Assembly (NCBI GenBank): GCA_041742375.1
Contig: JBGSIU010000044.1
Location: forward strand, 2,161 to 66,160
DNA length: 64,000 nt
Source: Patescibacteria group bacterium
GTDB lineage: Bacteria; Patescibacteriota; Microgenomatia; JBGSIU01
Reading direction: 5' to 3'
The notes beneath the pieces are model-generated. The model was not told the DNA's origin, made no database searches, and saw nothing but the letters and a program-made list of their open reading frames with translations. The translations under genes and the position numbers were made by a program. Of the stretch, positions 48,043 to 56,791 are shown piece by piece (the first letter of the stretch is position 1; each line of letters starts with the position of its first letter).

Positions 48043-49078
48043 GATTGGCAACAAGACAATAAACGAAAATTCTCCGGTATATTTTGTGGCAGAAATGTCG
48101 GCCAATCATTTGCAGAAATATGACCTGGCTGTTGAAACGATTCATGCCATGAAAAAAGCGGGGGCTGACGCAGTTAAGCTTCAAACCTACACCCCTGATA
48201 CAATAACTCTTGACTGCGATAATAAATATTTTACACTCCATCAAGGCACAATTTGGGACGGACAAAAATTTTATGAGCTATATAAAACAGCATACACGCC
48301 ATGGGCTTGGCACTCGAAGCTTCAAAAAGTTGCCCACAACCTTGGTATGGAATTTTTTTCCACACCGTTTGACGAATCTGCAGTTGATTTTTTGGAAAAA
48401 TTAAAAGTTCCCGCATATAAAATTGCTTCTTTCGAAATTGTCGATATTCCCTTAATTGAAAAAACTGCCTCAAAAGGTAAACCCATGATAATTCCAACCG
48501 GTGTCGCTGGGATTTCTGATATTGCAGAAGCAGTCGAAGCATGCAGGCGTCAAGGAAACGATCAAATAATCCTTCTCATCTGCTCGTCATCATATCCTGC
48601 TTTGCTCGAAGAGATGAATTTAAAAACATTGCCGAATATGGCGAGTACTTTCGGAACTCTAATCGGTTTATCCGACCATACACTTGGGCAAACCGTTTCA
48701 ATTGCTGCAGTCGCGCTTGGAGCAAAAATGATAGAAAAACATTTTACCCTAGATAAGAAGCTTAGCGGTCCAGATTCAGCTTTTTCCTTAGAGCCAAAAG
48801 AGTTTAAAGAGATGGTTACGGCTGTTAGAGAAGCTGAAAAGGCATTAGGAAGAGTAACGTATGAAATAACTGATAAGAAAAGGAAAAACCGCGAACTTTG
48901 TCCCTCTCTTTTTGTGTCAGAAAATGTAAAAAAAGGAGATATTTTAACAAATAAAAATATTCGGTCCGTGAGACCGGGATTTGGTTTGCCGCCAAAATAT
49001 TTAAGCCAATTATTGGGTAAAAAAATGCGTTTCAATTTAAAAAGGGGCACGCCTCTTAAATGGGAGCATGTAGAATAA
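48029..49078 (+). CDS. pseI: Pseudaminic acid synthase
   Basis: AEMSANH, KLQTY, KIASFE, GLSDHT, IEKHFTL, C-terminal SAF domain (RSVRPG.G). Confidence 0.88.
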   Translation: MKQIKIGNKTINENSPVYFVAEMSANHLQKYDLAVETIHAMKKAGADAVKLQTYTPDTITLDCDNKYFTLHQGTIWDGQKFYELYKTAYTPWAWHSKLQKVAHNLGMEFFSTPFDESAVDFLEKLKVPAYKIASFEIVDIPLIEKTASKGKPMIIPTGVAGISDIAEAVEACRRQGNDQIILLICSSSYPALLEEMNLKTLPNMASTFGTLIGLSDHTLGQTVSIAAVALGAKMIEKHFTLDKKLSGPDSAFSLEPKEFKEMVTAVREAEKALGRVTYEITDKKRKNRELCPSLFVSENVKKGDILTNKNIRSVRPGFGLPPKYLSQLLGKKMRFNLKRGTPLKWEHVE

Positions 49079-49093
49079 AAACCTTCTATTTAT

Positions 49094-49585
49094 ATGTTGT
49101 CTATAAATCATACTATTATCCGTACAGTCACGAAAGATGATTCGCAATTAATTTTGAGCATAAGAAACGATAAAGAGTTACGTAAATTTTCTTTTAACGA
49201 CAAAAAAATATCTAAACAAGCTCATAAAAGATGGTTTGATAAAATGATCTCAGAGGAAAATAATATCCATTTAATATTAGAATATAATTCTAAAACAGCC
49301 GGACTCATTCGTTTAGATATATTAAATATAGATAAAAAATCTGCTCTTGTAGGAATTATTGTAATTGTAAAAGAATTTAGAGGGAAGGGATTAGGAAAAA
49401 TTCTTTTTAATGAGGCAATTAAAAAGCTTCGTGAAACATTTCCCAATATAAAAAGCATTAAAGCATATGTTTTAACAACGAATGTAAAATCAATGAATTA
49501 TTTTTTAGCCCTAGGTTTTAAAAATAAAAAAAGTGTGTTAAGAAAAGGTAAAAGTGCAATCGAATATGAACTTACAAATATATGA
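49094..49585 (+). CDS. PseH-like GNAT N-acetyltransferase
   Basis: RN...R.FSF...I...H..WF, FRGKGLG, N..S..F..LGF; follows pseI. Confidence 0.75.
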   Translation: MLSINHTIIRTVTKDDSQLILSIRNDKELRKFSFNDKKISKQAHKRWFDKMISEENNIHLILEYNSKTAGLIRLDILNIDKKSALVGIIVIVKEFRGKGLGKILFNEAIKKLRETFPNIKSIKAYVLTTNVKSMNYFLALGFKNKKSVLRKGKSAIEYELTNI

Positions 49586-50295
49586 ATAAAATATTGTTGA
49601 CAATTTGTGCACGAGGTGGGTCAAAAGGTGTTAAAAATAAAAATATAAAAAATTTAAACGGTTCTCCTTTAATTTACTACACGATTCAACAAGCACGAGA
49701 ATGGGGAAGAGCTAAACACATTGTGGTCAGTACGGATTCGGAAAAAATCGCAAAAATAGCAAAAACTTGCGGAGCTGAAGTTCCGTTTTTACGACCAAAA
49801 GAGCTTGCTGAAGATAAAAGTCCAAAATTACCAGTCATTCGCCACGCACTTCTGGAATGTGAAAAAATATATCGTGAAAAATATGATTTTGTTGTTGATT
49901 TGCAGCCGACATCGCCCGTGAGGAAAATTAAAGATTTAAAAAATTGCTTAAAGCTTTTTCTTAAAGCGAAACCGCACATGCTTATCAGTGTCTCAAATTC
50001 AGACAAAAATCCATATTTCAATTTAGTTGAACAAGTTAACAGAATGGAAATTCGTCTGTGTAAAAACGCCGACAGACAAATAACCAGACGTCAGGATGCG
50101 CCAAAAATTTATGCAATTAACGGATCGATTTACATCTATGACAGAAGTTATCTCCTGAAAAAGGAAAATCTTTCACCGATTAGCGACAAAACTGTCATAT
50201 ATCAAATGGATGAATACTCTTCAATTGATATAGATAATGAAATTGATTTCAGATTTGTTGAATTTTTAATTAAAGAAAAATATATTTCTATATAG
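49582..50295 (+). CDS. CMP-nonulosonic acid synthetase (NeuA/PseF/LegF family)
   Basis: CARGGSKGVKNKN, STDS, LQPTSP, RRQD, DID. Confidence 0.9.
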   Translation: MNKILLTICARGGSKGVKNKNIKNLNGSPLIYYTIQQAREWGRAKHIVVSTDSEKIAKIAKTCGAEVPFLRPKELAEDKSPKLPVIRHALLECEKIYREKYDFVVDLQPTSPVRKIKDLKNCLKLFLKAKPHMLISVSNSDKNPYFNLVEQVNRMEIRLCKNADRQITRRQDAPKIYAINGSIYIYDRSYLLKKENLSPISDKTVIYQMDEYSSIDIDNEIDFRFVEFLIKEKYISI

Positions 50296-50298
50296 CAT

Positions 50299-51153
50299 AT
50301 GCTTCATAGGATTATCGCGCGACTTGATATTAAAGGTCCTAATTTGGTTAAGGGGATACATCTTGAAGGTTTGAGAGTGTTGGGAAAACCGGAAGAGTTT
50401 GCTAAATATTACTTTAATGAAGGAATTGATGAGTTAATTTACGTTGACACGGTTGCAAGTTTATATGGCAGAAATAGTTTGGATGATATTATTTCTAAAA
50501 CAGCCGCCAAAATTTTTATTCCACTAACGGTTGGTGGGGGTATACGTTCAATAGAAGATATAAAGAGAATTCTAAGAGCGGGGGCAGACAAAGTTGCGTT
50601 AAACACGGCGGCCATCAAAAACCCAAAAATTATAAGTGAGGCAGCCAATATTTTTGGTTCATCAACGATTACTGTTTCCATAGAAGCACTAAAACAAAAT
50701 AATGGTGAATATCTGGCATATACCGACAACGGAAGAGAATATACGGGGATTGAAGTTGTTGCCTGGGCAAAAAAAGTTGAAAAATTGGGAGCCGGAGAAA
50801 TTCTTTTAACCTCAATTGATAATGAGGGGACAGGGAAAGGATATGATTTGGAATTAATTAAAAAGGTCGCGCGTAGAGTTTCGATCACAACTGTTGCCTG
50901 TGGTGGAGCAGGTTCAATGAAAGATCTCTCCGAAGCGATTATTTTTGCAGGGGCCGATGCAGTTTCTGTTTCATCGATACTGCATTATAGTTATATCAAA
51001 AAACATAAACGCATTGATGGTTATGAAGATGAAGGGAATATCGAATTTTTAAAGAATGAAAATTTAAACCCGGATGCTTCTTTTGTTGAAGCCAATATTG
51101 AATCGATTAAATTTTTTTTATCTAAGAAAAAAATACCAGTACGTCTGTCCTGA
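50299..51153 (+). CDS. HisF-like cyclase, glycosyl-amidation-associated (WbuZ-like)
   Basis: RIIARLDIK..LVKG, VGGGIRS, GADKV, SID.EGT..GYD; context with HisH-like and amidotransferase genes. Confidence 0.85.
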   Translation: MLHRIIARLDIKGPNLVKGIHLEGLRVLGKPEEFAKYYFNEGIDELIYVDTVASLYGRNSLDDIISKTAAKIFIPLTVGGGIRSIEDIKRILRAGADKVALNTAAIKNPKIISEAANIFGSSTITVSIEALKQNNGEYLAYTDNGREYTGIEVVAWAKKVEKLGAGEILLTSIDNEGTGKGYDLELIKKVARRVSITTVACGGAGSMKDLSEAIIFAGADAVSVSSILHYSYIKKHKRIDGYEDEGNIEFLKNENLNPDASFVEANIESIKFFLSKKKIPVRLS

Positions 51154-51180
51154 AAATTATACCAATATTTATAAAAATTA

Positions 51181-51834
51181 ATGATTAAACCGAAAATCGC
51201 GATTATTGATTATAAAATGAGCAATTTATTCAGTATAAAACATGCCTGTGATTTTGTCGGCGGCGCGTCTTCCATCACTTCAGACAAAAAAGATATTAAA
51301 AATGCCGATGCAATCATTCTTCCGGGAGTTGGTGCCTTCGGCGCGGCAATGCAAAATCTAAAAAAGTTAGATTTATTAGATTTGATTATTCAGTTGGTTG
51401 AAAAGAAAAAACCTTTTATGGGCGTCTGTTTGGGAATGCAGCTCTTTTTCTCCCAAAGCGAAGAATTTGGGATTCATAAAGGACTTAATTTAATTCAAGG
51501 CAAAATAATGAGGTTTCCTTCATCTTATGGATCTAAAAACAAAATTAAAGTTCCACAAATCGGCTGGAATAAAATTTATCACGTTAAAAAGAAAAAAAAA
51601 CAATGGGGGCTTTCGCCATTAAGCGATGTGAAAGAATTTGCGTATATGTATTTTGTTCACTATTACTATTGTTGCCCAAGCAACAAAGAAGACGAAGTTT
51701 GCGCAACTTCTTACGAAGGGGTTGAATATTGTTCGGGCATCCTGCATAATAATATTTTTGCAGTACAATTTCATCCGGAGAAAAGTGGGCAGATTGGATT
51801 ACAAATTTACAAAAATTGGATACATAATTTATAA
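51181..51834 (+). CDS. HisH-like glutamine amidotransferase subunit (WbuY-like)
   Basis: LPGVGAF, GVCLGMQ, QFHPEKS. Confidence 0.88.
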   Translation: MIKPKIAIIDYKMSNLFSIKHACDFVGGASSITSDKKDIKNADAIILPGVGAFGAAMQNLKKLDLLDLIIQLVEKKKPFMGVCLGMQLFFSQSEEFGIHKGLNLIQGKIMRFPSSYGSKNKIKVPQIGWNKIYHVKKKKKQWGLSPLSDVKEFAYMYFVHYYYCCPSNKEDEVCATSYEGVEYCSGILHNNIFAVQFHPEKSGQIGLQIYKNWIHNL

Positions 51835-51840
51835 ATTAAT

Positions 51841-53064
51841 ATGAAAAAAGTTAAAACTAAATTTGGCTTGCCGAGAAAAGTTGTCTTTTGCACGAATTGT
51901 GTCATATCGAATCAGCGTCCAGCGTCATCAATTGAATTTTTCAACAAGAAGGAAAGCAAAAAAGCCACAATGCATATAGACGAGAGCGGAGTTTGCGATG
52001 CGTGTTTGGCCGCAAAGCAGAAAGAAAAAATTGATTGGAAAGAGAGAGAAAAAGAACTGATGAGACTGCTTGACAAATATCGCCGAAATGACGGGAATTA
52101 CGACTGTGTCGTGCCTGGAAGCGGAGGAAAGGATAGTGCTTGTCAAGCTCACCTTTTAAAATATAAATATGGCATGCATCCATTAACCGTGACATGGTCA
52201 CCAATCCTTTACACCGATTATGGATACAAAAATTTCAAAAATTGGATAGAAATCGGAGGTTTTGACAACATAGCTTTCAAACCAAATGGTCGGGTTATGA
52301 AGCTTTTAACAAAACTTGCGATTGAAAATCTTCTGCATCCATTTCATACTTTTATCCTCGGCCAAAAAAATTTAGGGCCCAAAATCGCTCTTAAATATAA
52401 AATCCCCCTCATTTTTTATGGTGAGAACGAAGCGGAATATGGAAACCCAATCGCAGACAACTCAACATCGTTGAGAACAAAATCATATTATTCCATTTCT
52501 AATCTCGATAATATTTTTTTAAGCGGAGTAAAAATCAGTAGACTAATCGAAAAATATAAAATCGCACTTTCGGATTTGATGGCATTTTTACCGGTGCATT
52601 ATAACGAGCTTAAAAATCGTAATTTACAAGTTCACTATCTCGGTTATTATCTTAAATGGGTTCCGCAAGAAGCATATTACTTTGCAGTTAAACACACAGG
52701 TTTTCAGCCCAGACCTTTTCGAACTCAGGGAACATATAGTAAATATAACAGTATTGATGATAAAATTGACGACCTTCATTATTACACAACATATATAAAG
52801 TTTGGAATTGGTAGGGCGACATATGATGCTTCTCAGGAGATCAGAAATAAACATTTAACTCGTGAAGAAGGTGTTGCTTTGGTAAAAAAATTTGACGGAG
52901 AATTCCCAGACAAGTATTTTCAGGAGGTAATGGATTACTTGGAAATTAAACCTGAATTTTTTCATAAACTTTGTAATAAATTCAGATCTCCGCATCTTTG
53001 GAAAATAGTTGGAAATCAATGGAGGTTACGGCACAATGTTTGGAATGGAGGTACAGACGATTAA
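51841..53064 (+). CDS. N-acetyl sugar amidotransferase (WbuX/PseA/WbpG family)
   Basis: CxxC...CxxC, SGGKDS PP-loop, YGEN, KFGIGRAT. Confidence 0.88.
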   Translation: MKKVKTKFGLPRKVVFCTNCVISNQRPASSIEFFNKKESKKATMHIDESGVCDACLAAKQKEKIDWKEREKELMRLLDKYRRNDGNYDCVVPGSGGKDSACQAHLLKYKYGMHPLTVTWSPILYTDYGYKNFKNWIEIGGFDNIAFKPNGRVMKLLTKLAIENLLHPFHTFILGQKNLGPKIALKYKIPLIFYGENEAEYGNPIADNSTSLRTKSYYSISNLDNIFLSGVKISRLIEKYKIALSDLMAFLPVHYNELKNRNLQVHYLGYYLKWVPQEAYYFAVKHTGFQPRPFRTQGTYSKYNSIDDKIDDLHYYTTYIKFGIGRATYDASQEIRNKHLTREEGVALVKKFDGEFPDKYFQEVMDYLEIKPEFFHKLCNKFRSPHLWKIVGNQWRLRHNVWNGGTDD

Positions 53065-53108
53065 AATATTGTTAATTATAATGCTTACAGTATTATAATG
53101 TTGTTGAT

Positions 53109-54494
53109 ATGAAAGTATTATTGGTGGTTTATGATAATGATTCGTATATTTCTTGGTTTCCGCAAGGCTTGGCGTATGTGGCAACCGTTTTGAGGAAAAA
53201 AGGGCATGAGGTGACAATTTATAGCCAGGATGTTTATCATTGGAAAGAATCACATCTAAGAAAGTTCCTTGATAAAAGAAAATTTGACGTGGTCGGAGTT
53301 AGTGTGATCGCCGGATATTATCAATATCGTAAACTTCTTCAAATATCAAAAGCAATAAATCGATCAAAGTACAGACCTTTTTACATTCTGGGCGGTCATG
53401 GACCGGCACCTGAACCGGAATATTTTATGAAAAAAACTAAAGCTGATATCATTGTAATTGGAGAAGGTGAAATTACAACAGTCGAAATCATGGAAGCTTT
53501 GGAGAAGAAAAGAAAATTTTCTTCAGTGAAAGGAATAGCATACAGGGATGGCAAAAAAATTATCGTTAACGAAAGAAGACCATTAATCGCCAATATTGAC
53601 CAAATTGATTTTCCTGCTTATGATCTGTTTCCCTTAGATCACTATGCTTTGATGCGTACTCTTCCGGGTCTTGAGAATAATGAGCGTTGTATGCCGATGT
53701 TGTCTGGAAGGGGATGTATCTTTCAGTGCAATTTTTGTTACAGAATGGATAAAGGGTTCAGACCCCGTTCGATTAAAAATATTCTTGAAGAAGTGGAAAA
53801 GCTGCAGAAAGACTATGCCATTACTTCAATTGTTTTCTCAGACGAATTACTGATGAGTTCAGTAGACAGAACGATTGAAGTTTGTGAAGGATTGCTGAAA
53901 TCAAAAGTCAAATTCAAATGGGGTTGCAACGGACGCTTGAATTTTGCAAAGTTTGACGTTTTAAAATTAATGAAAAAAGCAGGCTGCACATTCATTAATT
54001 ACGGAATTGAATCAATGGATCAAGATGCTTTGAATGTCATGAAAAAAGGATTAACAGTTAAAATGATTCACGATGGCATTAAAAACACATTGCAGGTTGG
54101 TATCAATCCGGGTTTAAATATTATTTTTGGCAACATCGGTGAAACGAAAGCAGTCTTAAAAAAAGACGTTGAATTTCTCCTGAAATACGACGATCACGCG
54201 CAAAGAAGAACTATCCGTCCGGTGACACCTTACCCAGGTTCACCTCTTTATTATTATGCAATAGAAAAAGGATTGCTTAAAGATTGCCAAGATTTTTACG
54301 AGAATAAACATGTTAACTCCGATCTTTTAGCGGTTAACTTCACCAATATGTCAGACGACGAATTCCACAAGGCTTTATTTCGGGCTAATAAAAAATTGCT
54401 CACCGCATACTTCGAAGATTCTAAACAAAAAATCATTGAAAGCGCGAGACAACTTTACACAGGAAAAAATAATGCGTTTCGAGGTTTCCGCTAA
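53109..54494 (+). CDS. B12-binding radical SAM protein (class B methyltransferase-like)
   Basis: PQGLAYVA, GGHGP, GEGE, RGCIFQCNFC, GIES, PYPGS. Confidence 0.88.
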   Translation: MKVLLVVYDNDSYISWFPQGLAYVATVLRKKGHEVTIYSQDVYHWKESHLRKFLDKRKFDVVGVSVIAGYYQYRKLLQISKAINRSKYRPFYILGGHGPAPEPEYFMKKTKADIIVIGEGEITTVEIMEALEKKRKFSSVKGIAYRDGKKIIVNERRPLIANIDQIDFPAYDLFPLDHYALMRTLPGLENNERCMPMLSGRGCIFQCNFCYRMDKGFRPRSIKNILEEVEKLQKDYAITSIVFSDELLMSSVDRTIEVCEGLLKSKVKFKWGCNGRLNFAKFDVLKLMKKAGCTFINYGIESMDQDALNVMKKGLTVKMIHDGIKNTLQVGINPGLNIIFGNIGETKAVLKKDVEFLLKYDDHAQRRTIRPVTPYPGSPLYYYAIEKGLLKDCQDFYENKHVNSDLLAVNFTNMSDDEFHKALFRANKKLLTAYFEDSKQKIIESARQLYTGKNNAFRGFR

Positions 54495-54512
54495 TTTCCT
54501 CGAGTAATTAAA

Positions 54513-54572
54513 AATTAATATCAATTTTATGTTGATGAATAAGTTTATATCAGTATAATATTGATATTAATT
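54513..54572. promoter_or_regulatory. Perfect 13-bp inverted repeat enclosing a sigma70-like promoter
   Basis: AATTAATATCAAT (54513-25) / ATTGATATTAATT (54560-72); TTGATG 54532-37, 16-bp spacer, TATAAT 54554-59. Confidence 0.6.
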
Positions 54573-54580
54573 AAGCGTAA

Positions 54581-55627
54581 ACGATTACTATTAAAAATAA
54601 AAAGATCGGTCAAGGTCATCCTTGCTTCATTATCGCCGAAGCAGGAGTTAATCATAACGGAAATTTGGATTTGGCGTTTAAATTAGTTGACGCAGCAAAA
54701 GAAGCTGGTGCCGATGCAGTCAAGTTTCAAACATTTAAAGCAGAAAATGTTGTTATTCCGCGAGGGAAAATGGTCGGTTATCAAATTAAAAATATTGGTC
54801 AAGAAAAAAGTCAACTGGAGATGATTAGGAAAATTGAGTTAAAAGATAAAGATTTTGGTAAAATTAACGAATATTGTAAAAAAAAAGAGATCATATTTCT
54901 TTCCACACCGCACGGTGGTAAACAAAGCGTTGATATGCTTGCTTCTTTGCGTATGCCAGCCTATAAGATAGCTTCAGGAGATTTAACAAATTACATCATG
55001 TTGGAAAAAATTGCTAAACTTGGCAAGCCTGTCATTCTGAGTACGGGTATGGCAACTTTAAAAGAAATTAGAAATACGGTTGCTTATCTTCAATCGAAGG
55101 GCAATGATCAAATTATTGTTTTACAATGCACAACTAGCTACCCATGCCCAGCAGATGAGGCAAATGTAAGATCGATGTTAACCATCGCCCAAAAAGTCAA
55201 CGTTTTAGTTGGTTATTCCGATCACACTTTGGGAAATGAAGCTGCCATAGCCGCGACTACTCTCGGAGCCATGATGTACGAGTGTCATTTTACTCTTGAT
55301 AAAAAGTTACCGGGACCGGATCACATTGCTTCAGCAAGTCCCCAAGAATTGAAATCGCGAATCAAAGCTATAAGAATAACAGAAAAGATTCTTGGAAATT
55401 GGCAAAAGGAACCGACTAAGAGTGAAACAGGGGAAATGTTGGAAACGATGAGGAAAAGTGTCGTTGCGGCACACAGGATGAAAAAGGGGCATATTATATC
55501 TACTAATGATTTAGAAGCCAAAAGACCAGGAGATGGTTTATCTCCGGTTTATTTTGAAAAGCTTATCGGACTGGTTCTAAAAAGAAATATAAAGAAAAAT
55601 GAGCAGTTATTAATATCTCATTTCTAA
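54581..55627 (+). CDS. neuB: N-acetylneuraminate/legionaminate synthase (NeuB/LegI); probable ACG start
   Basis: (T)ITIKNKKIGQGHPCFIIAEAGVNHNG lies in frame upstream of TTG54665; KFQT, KIASG, GYSDHT, KRPG.G. Confidence 0.88.
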   Translation, partial: TITIKNKKIGQGHPCFIIAEAGVNHNGNLDLAFKLVDAAKEAGADAVKFQTFKAENVVIPRGKMVGYQIKNIGQEKSQLEMIRKIELKDKDFGKINEYCKKKEIIFLSTPHGGKQSVDMLASLRMPAYKIASGDLTNYIMLEKIAKLGKPVILSTGMATLKEIRNTVAYLQSKGNDQIIVLQCTTSYPCPADEANVRSMLTIAQKVNVLVGYSDHTLGNEAAIAATTLGAMMYECHFTLDKKLPGPDHIASASPQELKSRIKAIRITEKILGNWQKEPTKSETGEMLETMRKSVVAAHRMKKGHIISTNDLEAKRPGDGLSPVYFEKLIGLVLKRNIKKNEQLLISHF

Positions 55628-55636
55628 TAATATTTG

Positions 55637-56785
55637 ATGAATTCTAATAAAAAAACAATTGCTTTTATAACAGGAACAAGAGCGGATTATGGTATCATGC
55701 AGCCTGTTTTGCAAAAAATTCAGCAAAGCCCGAAATTAAAACTCCAACTATACGCGACAGGCATGCATTTAATGTCTGATTATGGCCATACAATTGATAT
55801 TGTTAAACGTGATTTCCCAGAAGTTTCGACAATTAACGTTGTTTTTAAAACCAATAATCGTTTAGGCATGGCTCGTTTTACTTCTCAACTCCTCAGTAAA
55901 CTGACAGAAATTTTTGCAAAAAATCGCCCAGATCTGTCTTTAGTATTTAGTGATCGATCCGAGATGCTGTGCGTAGCGATTACTTCTTTATATTTTGGTA
56001 TACCTATTGTTCATATTCATGGAGGCGATATAACAAACACTATTGATGATTCGACTCGTCATGCCATTAGCAAAATGTCTCATATCCATTTTCCTCCAAC
56101 AGAAGAAGCAAAAAATCGACTAATTAACATGGGAGAAGAAAAATGGCGAATTCATGTTGTTGGTGCTCTTGGTCTTGATTCATCTGCCAATAAAAATCTT
56201 TTAGCAAGAAAAGAATTGTTTGAGAAATTTAAAATTGCCACAGGATCAAAATTTGTTTTAGTCACTCAACATCCGGTCAGCGAAGAAATAAATGAAGCTG
56301 CAAAGCAGATGAAAGAAACGATAGAAGCGATTAAAAAAATAAATTTGCCGGTAATAGTTATATACCCAAATGCTGATGCAGGTAGCCGTGATATGATAAA
56401 AATCATAAATAAAGAAAAAAATAATCCAGTATTCCATATTTTCCCCAACATCGATCATAAAATTTTTCTTTCTCTGGAAAAGGAAGCAAATGTTTGGGTA
56501 GGTAATAGTAGCGCCGGAATTGTGGACTCATCTTTTTATAAAACGCCCGTTGTTAATATTGGTATCAGACAGCTTGGTCGACCGCAAGGAGAAAACATTA
56601 TCAATGTTAACCATGATGCAGGAGAAATATATAAGGCGATGAAAAAATCATTATATGATAAAAAGTTTTTAAAAAAAATATCTTTTTGTCATAACTCTTG
56701 GGGCAACGGGTCTGGAACGCCAAAAATTATAAAAATATTAGAAAATCTTATAATTAATAAGAGAATGTTGATAAAACATGCATGA
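55637..56785 (+). CDS. neuC: Hydrolysing UDP/GDP-HexNAc 2-epimerase (NeuC/LegG)
   Basis: TGTRADYG, TGMHL, DR.E, HIHGGD, DD..RHAISK, GNSSAG, RQ.GR. Confidence 0.88.
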   Translation: MNSNKKTIAFITGTRADYGIMQPVLQKIQQSPKLKLQLYATGMHLMSDYGHTIDIVKRDFPEVSTINVVFKTNNRLGMARFTSQLLSKLTEIFAKNRPDLSLVFSDRSEMLCVAITSLYFGIPIVHIHGGDITNTIDDSTRHAISKMSHIHFPPTEEAKNRLINMGEEKWRIHVVGALGLDSSANKNLLARKELFEKFKIATGSKFVLVTQHPVSEEINEAAKQMKETIEAIKKINLPVIVIYPNADAGSRDMIKIINKEKNNPVFHIFPNIDHKIFLSLEKEANVWVGNSSAGIVDSSFYKTPVVNIGIRQLGRPQGENIINVNHDAGEIYKAMKKSLYDKKFLKKISFCHNSWGNGSGTPKIIKILENLIINKRMLIKHA

Positions 56786-56791
56786 TTATAT

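Noticed and set aside
50299-51834. hisF/hisH as histidine biosynthesis genes
   Set aside because: No other his genes are present, and adjacency to the N-acetyl sugar amidotransferase indicates the glycan-amidation paralogues.
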